DNA of 58,708 nt from Candidatus Pacearchaeota archaeon (GCA_018304145.1 JAGVWU010000006.1:1-58708), one strand, 5' to 3'. Counted from the stretch's first letter, positions 33,313 to 42,733 are shown. The notes: generated from the sequence alone by a model not told the origin. Numbers and translations are program-made.

Positions 33313-33447
33313 AAAGCGTCAGTGCCATCCTAAGATGGCACCTCGCAAGTATTATAGATTATAATCTTTTAGAATTTATAAATCTTTCTTTGATATTTGA
33401 AAATTGTAAAAGCATATATTTTTAAAGTTTTAATTAATTACGTAATT

Positions 33448-33669
33448 ATGGACTTCAAAGGAGTTATTATTGAAGAAAGTTTGGATGATAAAAGCATTTT
33501 AAGAGATAAAAACATTAAAATTGTTTCTACTGAAATTGAAAAAGTTATTGAAAAGCATAAAACTCCTTGGATAAAACAATGGACTTTGCATAATGTTGAG
33601 ATTGATGAAAAAAATGTTGAAGAAATTGCTGAAAAAATTGCAAAAGCCTTGGATAAAGAACATGAATAA
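33448..33669 (+). CDS. Hypothetical protein (73 aa from ATG 33448)
   Basis: The ORF track begins at a TTG at 33397; the first ATG is at 33448. Confidence 0.4.
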   Translation: MDFKGVIIEESLDDKSILRDKNIKIVSTEIEKVIEKHKTPWIKQWTLHNVEIDEKNVEEIAEKIAKALDKEHE

Positions 33670-33869
33670 AGTATTTAAAATCGATATCTATAACAAGGAA
33701 CAATATGATAAAGCTAAGGAATATGGAATAAGCTTGGGAATTCCAAAGTATCAGGTTGATTTTCACCCCCAAATTAAGAAGCGGGAGAGATAGCAATAAT
33801 TTATTCAAGTTTTTGTTCATTATTTTGTTTTATAATAATATTTAAATATCATATTGTGTTTATTAAAAA

Positions 33870-34238
33870 ATGAGTCATGTAGCTTATAATCCTAGGATTG
33901 AGTTTTTTCCTTTTCCAAATGGTTGCGGATATATTAAACTTTGGATAGGATTACCCAAAGATATAGAATTTCAATCTGCTGAATCAAGAGGCGGAAAACC
34001 TTCTTTAAGATATGAAAATAATGGTAATTATATTTGGGTGAATCACAATGCTTTAGAAGCTGTTGCAACTGATTCTGACGCTCTGCTTGTTGCTCATGGA
34101 AGGGAAAAAGGAAGTAAATTACATATTATTTCTGTGGAATCTGCCAGCAAATTAGAGCTTTTTAAAGGTAGTTTAGGTGAAGCAATAGAAAGTGCAAGAA
34201 GATTAACTAGAGAATGGTTTGAAGCATCCAAAAAATAA
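33870..34238 (+). CDS. Hypothetical protein (122 aa)
   Basis: Clean ORF with an ordinary composition. Confidence 0.5.
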   Translation: MSHVAYNPRIEFFPFPNGCGYIKLWIGLPKDIEFQSAESRGGKPSLRYENNGNYIWVNHNALEAVATDSDALLVAHGREKGSKLHIISVESASKLELFKGSLGEAIESARRLTREWFEASKK

Positions 34239-34323
34239 GATTATCCTAAAAAATAATTTTCACCAAATAAATCTGTTAATCAATTACAGGAATTTATTTA
34301 AACTTTAATTTCTCAATTAAATT

Positions 34324-35613
34324 ATGTTAATAGGACTTGTAGGTAAACCTTCGGCAGGTAAAAGCACTTTTTTCAAAGCTTGCACATTGGCAGATGTGCT
34401 TATAGCATCATATCCCTTTGCAACAATAAAACCCAATCATGGGATTGGCTATGTTAAGATTGACTGCATTGATAAAGAGTTTGGTGTTAAATGCAATCCT
34501 CACAAAGGATATTGTGTCAATGGAAAAAGATTTGTTCCAATTGATTTGCTTGATGTTGCTGGATTAGTTGAAGGTGCTTCTGAAGGAAAAGGACTTGGAA
34601 ATGAATTTTTAAGTGATTTGACATCTGCCGATGCATTAATTCACATTGTTGATATAAGTGGAGAAACAGATGCAGGAGGAAAAGAAATCAAGGGTTATAA
34701 TCCTGTCAATGATGTCAAAATGCTGGAAAATGAATTAGATTTGTGGTATCTTGGTATATTAAACAAGGTTTGGAAAGGTTTTGCTAGACTTGTCCAGAAT
34801 ACAAAACAAGAATTGCATAAAGCAATCACTAACCAATTTTCAGGATTAAAAGTAAAAGAAGAGGATGTTAAAAGAATTCTTATAAAAGGAAATTACAATA
34901 TTGAAAAGCCTTCTGAATGGAGCGATAAGGATTTAAAAAATTTTAGCCATGAATTAAGACATCTGACAAAACCTATGATTATAGCTGCAAACAAATGCGA
35001 CAGGCCTGATGCTGCTGAAAATTTAAAGAAACTTAAAAAAGCTTATCCTGAACTAATGATTGTTCCTTGTTCTGCTGATTCTGAATTATCTTTAAGATTG
35101 GCTAACAATGCGGGTTTGATTGAATATATTCCTGGAGAAAATCATTTTAAAATGTCAAGAACCCTCGGACTAAAGTCTAGAGCGTGTTCTCGGGTTCTTG
35201 AGCACCATCAAGATTTGAATTTGACCAACTATGATAAAACAAATGCAAATCTTGAGGTTTTAAAAGAACTTTCTGAAAAACAGAAAATCGCCCTTAATTT
35301 AATAAATGAAAATGTTCTTGAAGTTTATGATTCAACAGGAATACAGGAAGTTTTAAACAAAGTTATTTTTGATTTATTGAAATACATTGCAATTTTTCCA
35401 GCTGGTGCTCACAAGCTTGCTGATTCAAAAGGAAATATCCTTCCTGATTGTTTTTTATTGCCTGATGGCTCAACTGCCCTTGATTTTGCATTTGCAATCC
35501 ATACTGATTTGGGAAAGAATTTCATAAGGGCAATTAATGCCAAGACAAAAATGGTTGTTGGAAAAGAGTATAAACTGAAGCATAGGGATGGGCTGGAAAT
35601 TATAACTAGATGA
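34324..35613 (+). CDS. YchF/Obg-family GTPase with C-terminal TGS domain, carrying an internal palindromic insertion
   Basis: G1 GKPSAGKST, G3 DVAGLV, G4 NKCD, TGS-like C-terminus (GSTALDFAFAIHTDLGKNF). About 35 aa longer than the Methanocaldococcus homologue recalled from memory. Confidence 0.85.
   Translation: MLIGLVGKPSAGKSTFFKACTLADVLIASYPFATIKPNHGIGYVKIDCIDKEFGVKCNPHKGYCVNGKRFVPIDLLDVAGLVEGASEGKGLGNEFLSDLTSADALIHIVDISGETDAGGKEIKGYNPVNDVKMLENELDLWYLGILNKVWKGFARLVQNTKQELHKAITNQFSGLKVKEEDVKRILIKGNYNIEKPSEWSDKDLKNFSHELRHLTKPMIIAANKCDRPDAAENLKKLKKAYPELMIVPCSADSELSLRLANNAGLIEYIPGENHFKMSRTLGLKSRACSRVLEHHQDLNLTNYDKTNANLEVLKELSEKQKIALNLINENVLEVYDSTGIQEVLNKVIFDLLKYIAIFPAGAHKLADSKGNILPDCFLLPDGSTALDFAFAIHTDLGKNFIRAINAKTKMVVGKEYKLKHRDGLEIITR
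35155..35255. repeat. About 100-nt double-hairpin element inside the GTPase reading frame
   Basis: Module 1: tcaagaaccc (35155-35164) / gggttcttga (35192-35201), enclosing ggac taaa gtc. Module 2: tcaagatttg (35208-35217) / caaatcttga (35246-35255). The outer stem sequence is shared with intergenic repeat family A. Confidence 0.7.
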
Positions 35614-35858
35614 AATTGAAGTATATTTTTGATGAAACTTTATTAGTAATGTTTATGCAGGTTTTGTTGTGTAAAGAGAAATATAGAAATTGAAAAACAA
35701 TTATTTAAACAATGCTTCTTAAGGCATAACTTATATTTTAAAAATCTATTTAATGTTTAATTATAGTATTCATCAATTATGTTTTAAAACATATTTTTAT
35801 ATTCAAGTATGTTTATAAATTAATTCCTTGATTTTTATGTATTTATAAAAAAATTAAG

Positions 35859-36104
35859 ATGACTGAAAGATTAAAATTAACTGCTGAACAAAGAACAAAA
35901 TTAATAAATAAGATTAATTCTGATAATTCAGGTCTTATTTTTGTTGGAAAATATGTGATGGATAAATATTGTGTTAACAGACTATTTGCACCAGGAATAT
36001 TATTTGAGGATGAAGTTGTTTTTTATCATGCTGAATACAGTAAAGAATTAAATGAGCCTGCCCATAATAAAATTAGGCAACTATACAGAGAGGTTACAGG
36101 ATAG
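35859..36104 (+). CDS. Hypothetical protein (81 aa)
   Basis: ORF directly upstream of ppdK. Confidence 0.45.
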   Translation: MTERLKLTAEQRTKLINKINSDNSGLIFVGKYVMDKYCVNRLFAPGILFEDEVVFYHAEYSKELNEPAHNKIRQLYREVTG

Positions 36105-36116
36105 TGATAATAAAAC

Positions 36117-38906
36117 ATGGCTGAAAAATTTGTTTATTCATTTAAAGAAGGAAATAAAGAAATGAAGGAATTGCTCGGAGGAAAAGGAGCAAATCTTGCT
36201 GAAATGACTTCTATTGGATTGCCAGTTCCTCTTGGATTCACAATTACTACAAGAGTGTGTGATTTTTATTATAAAAATAATAAAAAGTTGTCTGCTGAAA
36301 TACAGGAACAGATTTTTACAAAATTAAAGGAACTTGAGATAGAAATGGGGAAAAGACTTGGAGATAAAAATGACCCTTTGCTGGTTTCTGTGAGAAGCGG
36401 TGCTGCTTCATCAATGCCTGGAATGATGGACACTATCTTGAATTTGGGGTTAAACGATGAAACTGTTGAAGGCTTGGCTATTAAAACAGGAAATCCGAGA
36501 TTTGTCTATGATTCTTACAGAAGATTCATACAGATGTTTGGAGATGTTGTAATGGGAGTTGAGCATAAATTCTTTGAAGAAATTATTCATAGAATCAAAA
36601 GCCAGAAGATGATAAAATTTGACAATGAACTGAATGTTGATGATTTAAAGAGATTGATTGAAATGTACAAACAATTAATTAAAATGAAAACTAATAAGAT
36701 GTTTCCTTCTGATGTTCATGAGCAATTGAGCATGGCTATAGATGCTGTTTTTAATTCGTGGAATAATGACCGGGCAATAACTTATAGAAGGTTGAATAAC
36801 ATTTATGGTTTAATTGGAACTGCTGTCAATATACAGTCAATGGTTTTTGGAAACATGGGAGAAGATTCTGGGACAGGAGTTTGTTTTACAAGAAATCCTT
36901 CAACAGGAGAAAACAAATTTTATGGAGAGTTTTTAATGAATGCACAGGGAGAGGATGTTGTTGCTGGAATAAGAACTCCCAGAAAGATTGAAGAACTGGA
37001 AAGCATAATGTCTGCAAATTATTCTCAATTGGTTAATGTCAGAAAAATTCTTGAAGCTCATTACCGAGATATGCAGGATATTGAATTTACAATTGAAAAG
37101 GGAAAATTATATATTTTGCAGACAAGAAATGGAAAAAGAACAAGTCAGGCTGCTGTAAGGATTGCAGTTGAAATGGTGGAAAATGGAATGATAAGCAAGG
37201 AAACTGCTTTGATGAGAGTAGAACCAAGTTCTTTAAATCAATTATTGCATAAACAATTGGACAATAATTCAAAGAAAAATATGAAAGTATTAGCAAAAGG
37301 TTTGCCTGCTTCTCCTGGCGCTGCTGTTGGAAGGGTTGTTTTTAATGCAGAAGATGCCTATGAATGGGCTGTAAAAGGGGAAAAAGTTGTTTTAGTAAGA
37401 TTAGAAACAAGTCCTGAAGATATTGAAGGAATGCACTCTTCGCAGGGAATTTTAACTGGCAGAGGTGGAATGACTTCACATGCAGCTGTTGTTGCCAGAG
37501 GAATGGGGAAATGCTGTGTTGCAGGATGTTCAGATTTGATTATAAATGAAATTGAGAAAATAATTGAAATAAATGGAGCAAGAATAAGAGAAGGGGAATT
37601 TATAACTTTAGATGGAAGTTCTGGAGAAATATTCTTAGGAAAATTAGAATTAGTTGAGCCAATTTTATCTGGAAATTTTGGAAAAATAATGCAATGGGCA
37701 GATGAATACAGGAAAATAGGTGTAAGGACAAATGCTGACACTCCTAAAGATGCCTCGACTGCCATAAAATTTGGAGCAGAAGGAATTGGATTATGCAGAA
37801 CAGAACATATGTTTTTTGAAGAATCCAGAATAAAAGTAATGAGAGAAATGATTTTATCAAATACAAAGCAAGAAAGAGAAAGGGCTTTGTTAAAGCTTCT
37901 TCCAATGCAAAGAGGAGATTTTTATTCTTTATTTCAAATAATGAATGGATTGCCTGTTACAATCAGGTTTTTAGATCCTCCTTTGCATGAGTTTTTGCCA
38001 AAGGAAGAGGATAAAATTCAGGAATTAGCAAGGGAAATGGGTGTTAGTGTAGAAGTGTTAAAAGATAAAACAGCTGAACTGCATGAATTTAATCCAATGT
38101 TAGGGCACAGAGGATGCAGATTAGGGATTACTTTTCCTGAGATTACTGAAATGCAGTCAAGGGCTGTTTTTGAAGCAGCTTCTGAGATAATAAAGGAAGG
38201 AAAATCTATTGTTCCTGAAATAATGATTCCGATTGTTGGAAATATAAAAGAATTTGAGCATCAGAAGAAAATAGTTGATGAAACAGCTAGAAAAGTTATG
38301 AGAGAAAATAATGTCCTTATTGAGTATAAAACTGGAACAATGATTGAGGTTCCAAGGGCTGCTGTGACTGCTGATGAGTTAGCTGAAAAAGCTGAATTTT
38401 TTTCTTTTGGCACAAATGATTTGACTCAAATGGGATGCGGTTTTTCAAGAGATGATTCTGCAAAGTTTCTAAAAGAATATGTTGAATTAGGAATCTATAA
38501 AAGAGATCCTTTTGAAACAATTGATCAGGAGGGAGTTGGTGAATTGATGAAAATTGCAGTTCAAAAAGCAAAGCCTGTTAGAGAGAATATAAAGTTAGGA
38601 ATCTGCGGTGAGCATGGAGGAGATCCTGAAACAATAGAATTTTGTCATAAAATAGGATTAAGTTATGTTTCATGTTCACCTTTTAGAGTTCCTATTGCAC
38701 GATTAGCCGGAGCGCAGTCTTCAATAAAAGAAAAAAAGAAAATTGAAGAAAATGCTTATAAGAAAATGATTAAAGAATCAATTATTGAAATTAGAAATAA
38801 ATTTGGTGAGAGAATTTCTATTGATGAATTGGAAAATGAACTTTATAAAAAGATAAATCCTAAGGCTGTGGAAAACCTATTCACACAGGAAATCTTACAA
38901 AATTAA
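36117..38906 (+). CDS. ppdK: Pyruvate, phosphate dikinase
   Basis: Full-length match by eye: GGKGANLAEM, SVRSGAASSMPGMMDT, TGRGGMTSHAAVVARGMG (phospho-His), NADTP, GLCRTEHMF, GTNDLTQ. About 55 aa C-terminal extension. Confidence 0.95.
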   Translation: MAEKFVYSFKEGNKEMKELLGGKGANLAEMTSIGLPVPLGFTITTRVCDFYYKNNKKLSAEIQEQIFTKLKELEIEMGKRLGDKNDPLLVSVRSGAASSMPGMMDTILNLGLNDETVEGLAIKTGNPRFVYDSYRRFIQMFGDVVMGVEHKFFEEIIHRIKSQKMIKFDNELNVDDLKRLIEMYKQLIKMKTNKMFPSDVHEQLSMAIDAVFNSWNNDRAITYRRLNNIYGLIGTAVNIQSMVFGNMGEDSGTGVCFTRNPSTGENKFYGEFLMNAQGEDVVAGIRTPRKIEELESIMSANYSQLVNVRKILEAHYRDMQDIEFTIEKGKLYILQTRNGKRTSQAAVRIAVEMVENGMISKETALMRVEPSSLNQLLHKQLDNNSKKNMKVLAKGLPASPGAAVGRVVFNAEDAYEWAVKGEKVVLVRLETSPEDIEGMHSSQGILTGRGGMTSHAAVVARGMGKCCVAGCSDLIINEIEKIIEINGARIREGEFITLDGSSGEIFLGKLELVEPILSGNFGKIMQWADEYRKIGVRTNADTPKDASTAIKFGAEGIGLCRTEHMFFEESRIKVMREMILSNTKQERERALLKLLPMQRGDFYSLFQIMNGLPVTIRFLDPPLHEFLPKEEDKIQELAREMGVSVEVLKDKTAELHEFNPMLGHRGCRLGITFPEITEMQSRAVFEAASEIIKEGKSIVPEIMIPIVGNIKEFEHQKKIVDETARKVMRENNVLIEYKTGTMIEVPRAAVTADELAEKAEFFSFGTNDLTQMGCGFSRDDSAKFLKEYVELGIYKRDPFETIDQEGVGELMKIAVQKAKPVRENIKLGICGEHGGDPETIEFCHKIGLSYVSCSPFRVPIARLAGAQSSIKEKKKIEENAYKKMIKESIIEIRNKFGERISIDELENELYKKINPKAVENLFTQEILQN

Positions 38907-39017
38907 TTTCTAAGAAATTAAAAATTAGAATATGTCTATGTGAATAGGTTTTAAAGAGTGCTTGATGAATTGTTAAATTAAAATGCTGGATAAATTATTA
39001 AGAAAAAAAGAGTGAAA

Positions 39018-39299
39018 ATGGAATTAATAAGACTGAGTTATGATAGAAAAAAAAATTCTTTTAGAGTTTATGGAAGTGAATTTGGACTTTCTAGTGTTGT
39101 ACGTTTAACTCCTGTTTTTAGTGCAAATGATTCTAGTGATGTTGAAAGAGAAGCAAGAGATTTACAATCTACTTATCCTGTTAATGCTTATTTGCTAGAT
39201 AGCAAAGGGTGCAGAGCAAGATTGTATTTTTTGTCAAAAGAGGAATATGTTCAATCAATTGAAGTTAGAAAACTTGTTGAAGACGAACGATTGAGATGA
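39018..39299 (+). CDS. Hypothetical protein (93 aa)
   Basis: The ORF track starts at GTG 39012; ATG is at 39018. Confidence 0.45.
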   Translation: MELIRLSYDRKKNSFRVYGSEFGLSSVVRLTPVFSANDSSDVEREARDLQSTYPVNAYLLDSKGCRARLYFLSKEEYVQSIEVRKLVEDERLR

Positions 39300-39502
39300 G
39301 ATATAAGCAGGATTGATAAAAGATTAATTATTGGATTAAGAGTAGGAGTTGAAAGATAAGACAATCGGTTTCAGATTCTGTTTTATTTGGAGAATTAACT
39401 GATATAAATCTTAAATAATTATCAAATTATGTTTTAGTTAATCATTATGATGAAAGAGCGTATAGATTTTTAGAATACAGAGGCGGGATATATGACTAGA
39501 TT

Positions 39503-39677
39503 TTAACACATAAAAAATGCTCTTTGCGTACGCTATGGGCTTTAGTCCATAAAAAGCAAAGGCATTTTTGGGGTAATCAAGAACCAAACACGCCATATGA
39601 AACAAAAAAAATATTTTTACTAATTATTATAAGATTGGAAAATGCTTTTTGTTTGCTTTAGCCCATGATTCTTGACA
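39503..39677 (+). repeat. Dispersed structured repeat, family A, copy 2 (with about 55-nt internal insertion)
   Basis: Matches 2534-2653 with 6 mismatches over the first about 97 nt, then again over the last about 22 nt. There are extra AT-rich nucleotides at about 39598-39655. Confidence 0.85.
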
Positions 39678-39783
39678 GCTTGCTGAAAAAGAGATGCTCA
39701 AGAAAGAATAGAAAGGACATTTATATTAATTCTAAATTATAAGTAGGAAAAAGTTTAAATAGTAGTTCTTACTATAAATTTGT

Positions 39784-40035
39784 ATGATAATTAGACGGGA
39801 AATTGGAGAAAAGGGACAGGTAGTAATACCAAAAGATATTCGCGAACATTTAGGATTAAATATAGGAGTAAATATAATCTTTGAGGTTAGAGATAATGAA
39901 GTTGTTTTAAAAAAAGAAGATGATGCTTCAAAAATTGTAGAAGATTTTTTTAATACACCTAAAATTAAAAGAAAGATAGATGTCAAAGAATTAAAAAAGA
40001 TATATAAAGAGCAATATGAAGAAGAAGTACATTGA
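39784..40035 (+). CDS. vapB: AbrB/SpoVT-family antitoxin (VapB-like)
   Basis: RREIGEKGQVVIPKDIREHLGLNIGVNIIFEVRDNEVVL. Overlaps the PIN gene by 20 nt. Confidence 0.7.
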   Translation: MIIRREIGEKGQVVIPKDIREHLGLNIGVNIIFEVRDNEVVLKKEDDASKIVEDFFNTPKIKRKIDVKELKKIYKEQYEEEVH

Positions 40036-40420
40036 TGCTAATATATTTATACAAGGAATTTTAAGAAATGATAATAATTCTAAAAATGTGATATTAAAAA
40101 TTGCAAATAAAGAATTTATAGGAGTAACATCAGTTTTAAGTTGGGATGAAATAACCTTCATCGTTAAAAAATTTTTAGGTAAAGGACTTGCAGAGATTGA
40201 GGGAAAGAAATTTTTTAGTTTACCTAATTTTATATTTGTTGATGCAAAAAAAGATATAATTATCAAAGCTCAAAAATTATTTGAAGAATATAATCTGATG
40301 CCTAGAGATGCAATTCATGCTGCTACAGCTATTTATTTAAATATTGATGAAATGATTTCTGAAGATATTGATTTTGATAAGATTAAAGAATTAAAGAGAA
40401 TAAATCCAGTTAATGTTTGA
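40016..40420 (+). CDS. vapC: PIN-domain toxin (VapC-like)
   Basis: YIDANIFIQ..., PRDAIHAATAI, and an acidic C-terminal residue pattern. Confidence 0.7.
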   Translation: MKKKYIDANIFIQGILRNDNNSKNVILKIANKEFIGVTSVLSWDEITFIVKKFLGKGLAEIEGKKFFSLPNFIFVDAKKDIIIKAQKLFEEYNLMPRDAIHAATAIYLNIDEMISEDIDFDKIKELKRINPVNV

Positions 40421-40565
40421 TGGTTTGTAGCAAGGAAGTTTTAATTAATGTTATGCAGGATGGGTTGTTGGTTTTGAAAAACAATTAATTCTAAATATTA
40501 TAAATTGCGTCTAGAAAATTATAGGGAATAACATTAATTTTCGTATATTTATTATGTTATTCCCC

Positions 40566-40633
40566 AATACAAGAAAATTCATTCAGAGGAATTTTCTGTA
40601 CAGAAAATCTTCCTGAAAAGATTTTCTTGTATT
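40566..40633 (+). repeat. Dispersed hairpin-cluster repeat, family B, copy 1
   Basis: 13-bp outer stem aatacaagaaaat / attttcttgtatt. Overlapping inner hairpins attttctg ta cagaaaat and aaaatctt cctgaa aagatttt. Similar to 43911-43979. Confidence 0.7.
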
Positions 40634-40673
40634 GAAGTTATTTGCTATAATAATATACTTATTTGATAGAATA

Positions 40674-41288
40674 TTATTTCAAGGAATTCAAGATGTCTTT
40701 AGTTATCTTATCAATATTTTGCTCACCATTGATTTTTATTAGAATATCTTGATATTCTTTTAAAATCGGCTCTGTTTCGTTATGGTAAATTTCAAGCCTC
40801 TTTTTTATTGCCCGCTCATTATCATCTGTTCTTCTGACTAATTTTCCTCCGCATAAATCACAATGAAGCGGGTTCTTTGGCTTTGGTTCTGTAAAAATAT
40901 TATAACTTTCATTGCATTTTTCACAGCTCACTCTTCCTGATAATCTTTTTATTGCTTCTTGGTCTGACAAAGTTATTTCAATAACTTTGTCAATGTCTGT
41001 TATTGTTTTAAATAAACTGGCTTGATTTAGATTTCTTGGAAAACCATCTAAGATAAAACCTCTTTTGCAGTCAGGCTGAAAAATTCTTTTTTTTAATATC
41101 TTTAAGGTTAGTTCATCTGGAACTAATTTACCCTGTTCCATGTATTCATCTAATTCTTCTTTTAATTCCTCTTCTGCATTTCTGAATAAATCTCCTATTG
41201 AAATGTGAGGGATATTCAATTGTTTAGACATTATTGCTGCCTGAGTTCCTTTGCCTGAACCTTGGGGGCCGATAAATAAGAGTTTCAT
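40674..41288 (-). CDS. adk: Adenylate kinase (long type with zinc lid)
   Basis: GPQGSGKGTQ, ILDGFPRN, lid CEKC...CDLCGG. Confidence 0.9.
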   Translation of the reverse strand: MKLLFIGPQGSGKGTQAAIMSKQLNIPHISIGDLFRNAEEELKEELDEYMEQGKLVPDELTLKILKKRIFQPDCKRGFILDGFPRNLNQASLFKTITDIDKVIEITLSDQEAIKRLSGRVSCEKCNESYNIFTEPKPKNPLHCDLCGGKLVRRTDDNERAIKKRLEIYHNETEPILKEYQDILIKINGEQNIDKITKDILNSLK

Positions 41289-41958
41289 GTATTTGAAAAT
41301 AAAATCTAGTTTTTAAATTATATTATAAAGGTTAATAATGTTTATGAGTTATTGATTGATATCTGTATTGTAAGGGGGCAGTTTAGTGCGGAATTCTACT
41401 AATTCCCATTGATTATTCTTGATTTAAGCATGTTTGTGGATTTATATATTTCTAATTTGCAGGCAAATCATTTAGGAAGTCTTAGACATATGTATGAAGG
41501 AGTGATTGGAAGTTATTTATCTCATAATCTGACTTTTAGAGACAAGATACAAGAGATGTTCTTTATAGAAAAGGAGAAGTTTATTATGTTATAAAAGAAG
41601 TTTAAGTTTTGACAATAACCGAACTTGGTAATGGACAAGAAAGAGTAAGGATTATTGTTCATAGAAAAAGAAAACAGGAAAGCTTTATCATGAAATGGGC
41701 TAAGGAGATTTCAAAAGAAACCAAAATTCCTGTTTCAGCTGGACATGAAAAGCCTGAAAAATTTATTATTCTGGATTCTTCCAATACTCCCTCTTGAAAA
41801 TTGGCAAGAGCACCCTTTTCTCTTCATATAAAAGATTGGAATACTTTAGATAGTGTTTTTATGTTCCTCTTGCTGTTAATGAATTTGGGGATAAGGATTT
41901 GATTAAAAAACTTAGTCCTGATAGGGTTTTGAAGGATTTGGAAAGGTATGAGAAGTTG

Positions 41959-42351
41959 TTATAGAGATTGAAGCTTTAATTCAGGAATTCTTTTAAAATG
42001 ATTAATATTATTTGTTAAGAGAGGTTCATCATTGGTTATGGCTATGGAAGCAATCATTATATCTGCTAAATCTAATAATTCTCCTTTTGATTTTAGGTTT
42101 TCTAAAATTTCTGCTGCTTTTTTTGATGATGAAAGATTAAAATTGTAAATTTTTAAACTTGAAAATAAAACATTAAGGGGTTTAATTGAATCTATATTTT
42201 CAGATTTTATAACACCCCTAAATAATTCAAAAGAATTTACAGAAGTTGTTGCCAAAAAATTATTAATATCTTTTAATTCTTTTATCTTTTTTACAGCATA
42301 TTCTTTTTGTTTTAAGAAATCTATTAATATATCTGTATCTATGCAGACCAT
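41959..42351 (-). CDS. vapC: PIN-domain toxin (VapC-like)
   Basis: MVCIDTDILIDFL..., ELLDLADIMIASIAI. 1-nt overlap with the upstream antitoxin ORF. Confidence 0.7.
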   Translation of the reverse strand: MVCIDTDILIDFLKQKEYAVKKIKELKDINNFLATTSVNSFELFRGVIKSENIDSIKPLNVLFSSLKIYNFNLSSSKKAAEILENLKSKGELLDLADIMIASIAITNDEPLLTNNINHFKRIPELKLQSL

Positions 42352-42566
42352 TATTTGAATCTCCTTGAACTGATTTTTCTTTCTTTGTATATTTCTCCTT
42401 TAATTTTATCAGTATCTATATTTTTCCATGCGCCAGCCAAGTCCATTATAGATTTTTTCTTTTTTTCTTTTGTTAGCTCTATAATTATTTCTGTAAAAGA
42501 AGAGCCATCTTTTATCCTGCTTAATTCTTCGTATGCTTCATCTGATATAGAAATTACTTTTGTCAT
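42351..42566 (-). CDS. Small antitoxin-like protein (VapB-type partner)
   Basis: MTKVISISDEAYEELSRIKDGSSFTEIIIEL. ATG 42566 is preferred over the track start 42590. Confidence 0.5.
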   Translation of the reverse strand: MTKVISISDEAYEELSRIKDGSSFTEIIIELTKEKKKKSIMDLAGAWKNIDTDKIKGEIYKERKISSRRFK

Positions 42567-42591
42567 ATATGTATACATACATACATACATG

Positions 42592-42599
42592 TATATAAA
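42592..42599 (-). promoter_or_regulatory. TATA box (TTTATATA on minus strand) for the second vapBC-like operon
   Basis: Box centre is about 29 nt upstream of ATG 42566. Adjacent to an (ATAC)n palindromic microsatellite. Confidence 0.4.
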
Positions 42600-42733
42600 T
42601 GCTTCGATTTTACCTTGAAAGTAAATTAACAGTCGAGGATTTAAAGATAAGGATTTTTGCAGTTGATTATTATAGGAATTTAAGAAGGAAAAGAAAGTAA
42701 AAATTTAAAACTCTCTTTTTCTTTTATTTTTTA

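Noticed and set aside
33593-33793. 66-aa ORF overlapping the end of 33448..33669
   Set aside because: Its N-terminal third is a Lys/Leu repeat read from the other gene. Only the 43-aa part from ATG 33662 (MNKVFKIDIYNKEQYDKAKEYGISLGIPKYQVDFHPQIKKRER) could be real. Too weak to call.
37087-38571. Minus-strand ORFs 37087..37296, 37358..37765 and 38317..38571
   Set aside because: They are antisense to full-length ppdK. The same reasoning was applied to antisense or shadow ORFs inside elp3 (5307..5504), gltX (7174..7416), scpA (9667..9915), rps27ae region (11608..11796) and the Cys-rich protein (11952..12275). It also covers those inside rps24e (13246..13455), rpo7 (13918..14238), sigma (15315..15512), PIN (15923..16156), MTase/uppP (19374..19727, 19411..19593) and 21315..21668. 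Likewise Rpp30-like (24206..24499, 24385..24579), pheS (25718..25939), pheT (27811..28029, 28037..28288, 28595..28801), kinase-NYN (32949..33299) and 33545..33820. Finally vapBC (39732..39986, 39991..40266), 42355..42618, 44394..44576, 45865..46098, rpl7ae (49563..49805, 49567..49761, 49571..49786), 54265..54498, 57048..57314 and 57340..57528.
39446-39500. ATGATGA (C-box-like) sequence suggesting a C/D box sRNA
   Set aside because: No CUGA D box or second C'/D' pair lies within 70 nt downstream.
41409-41797. Two TTG-initiated ORFs (61 and 62 aa)
   Set aside because: They have no ATG, no TATA at the canonical distance, and sit in a region that looks like decayed sequence. Not called as genes.
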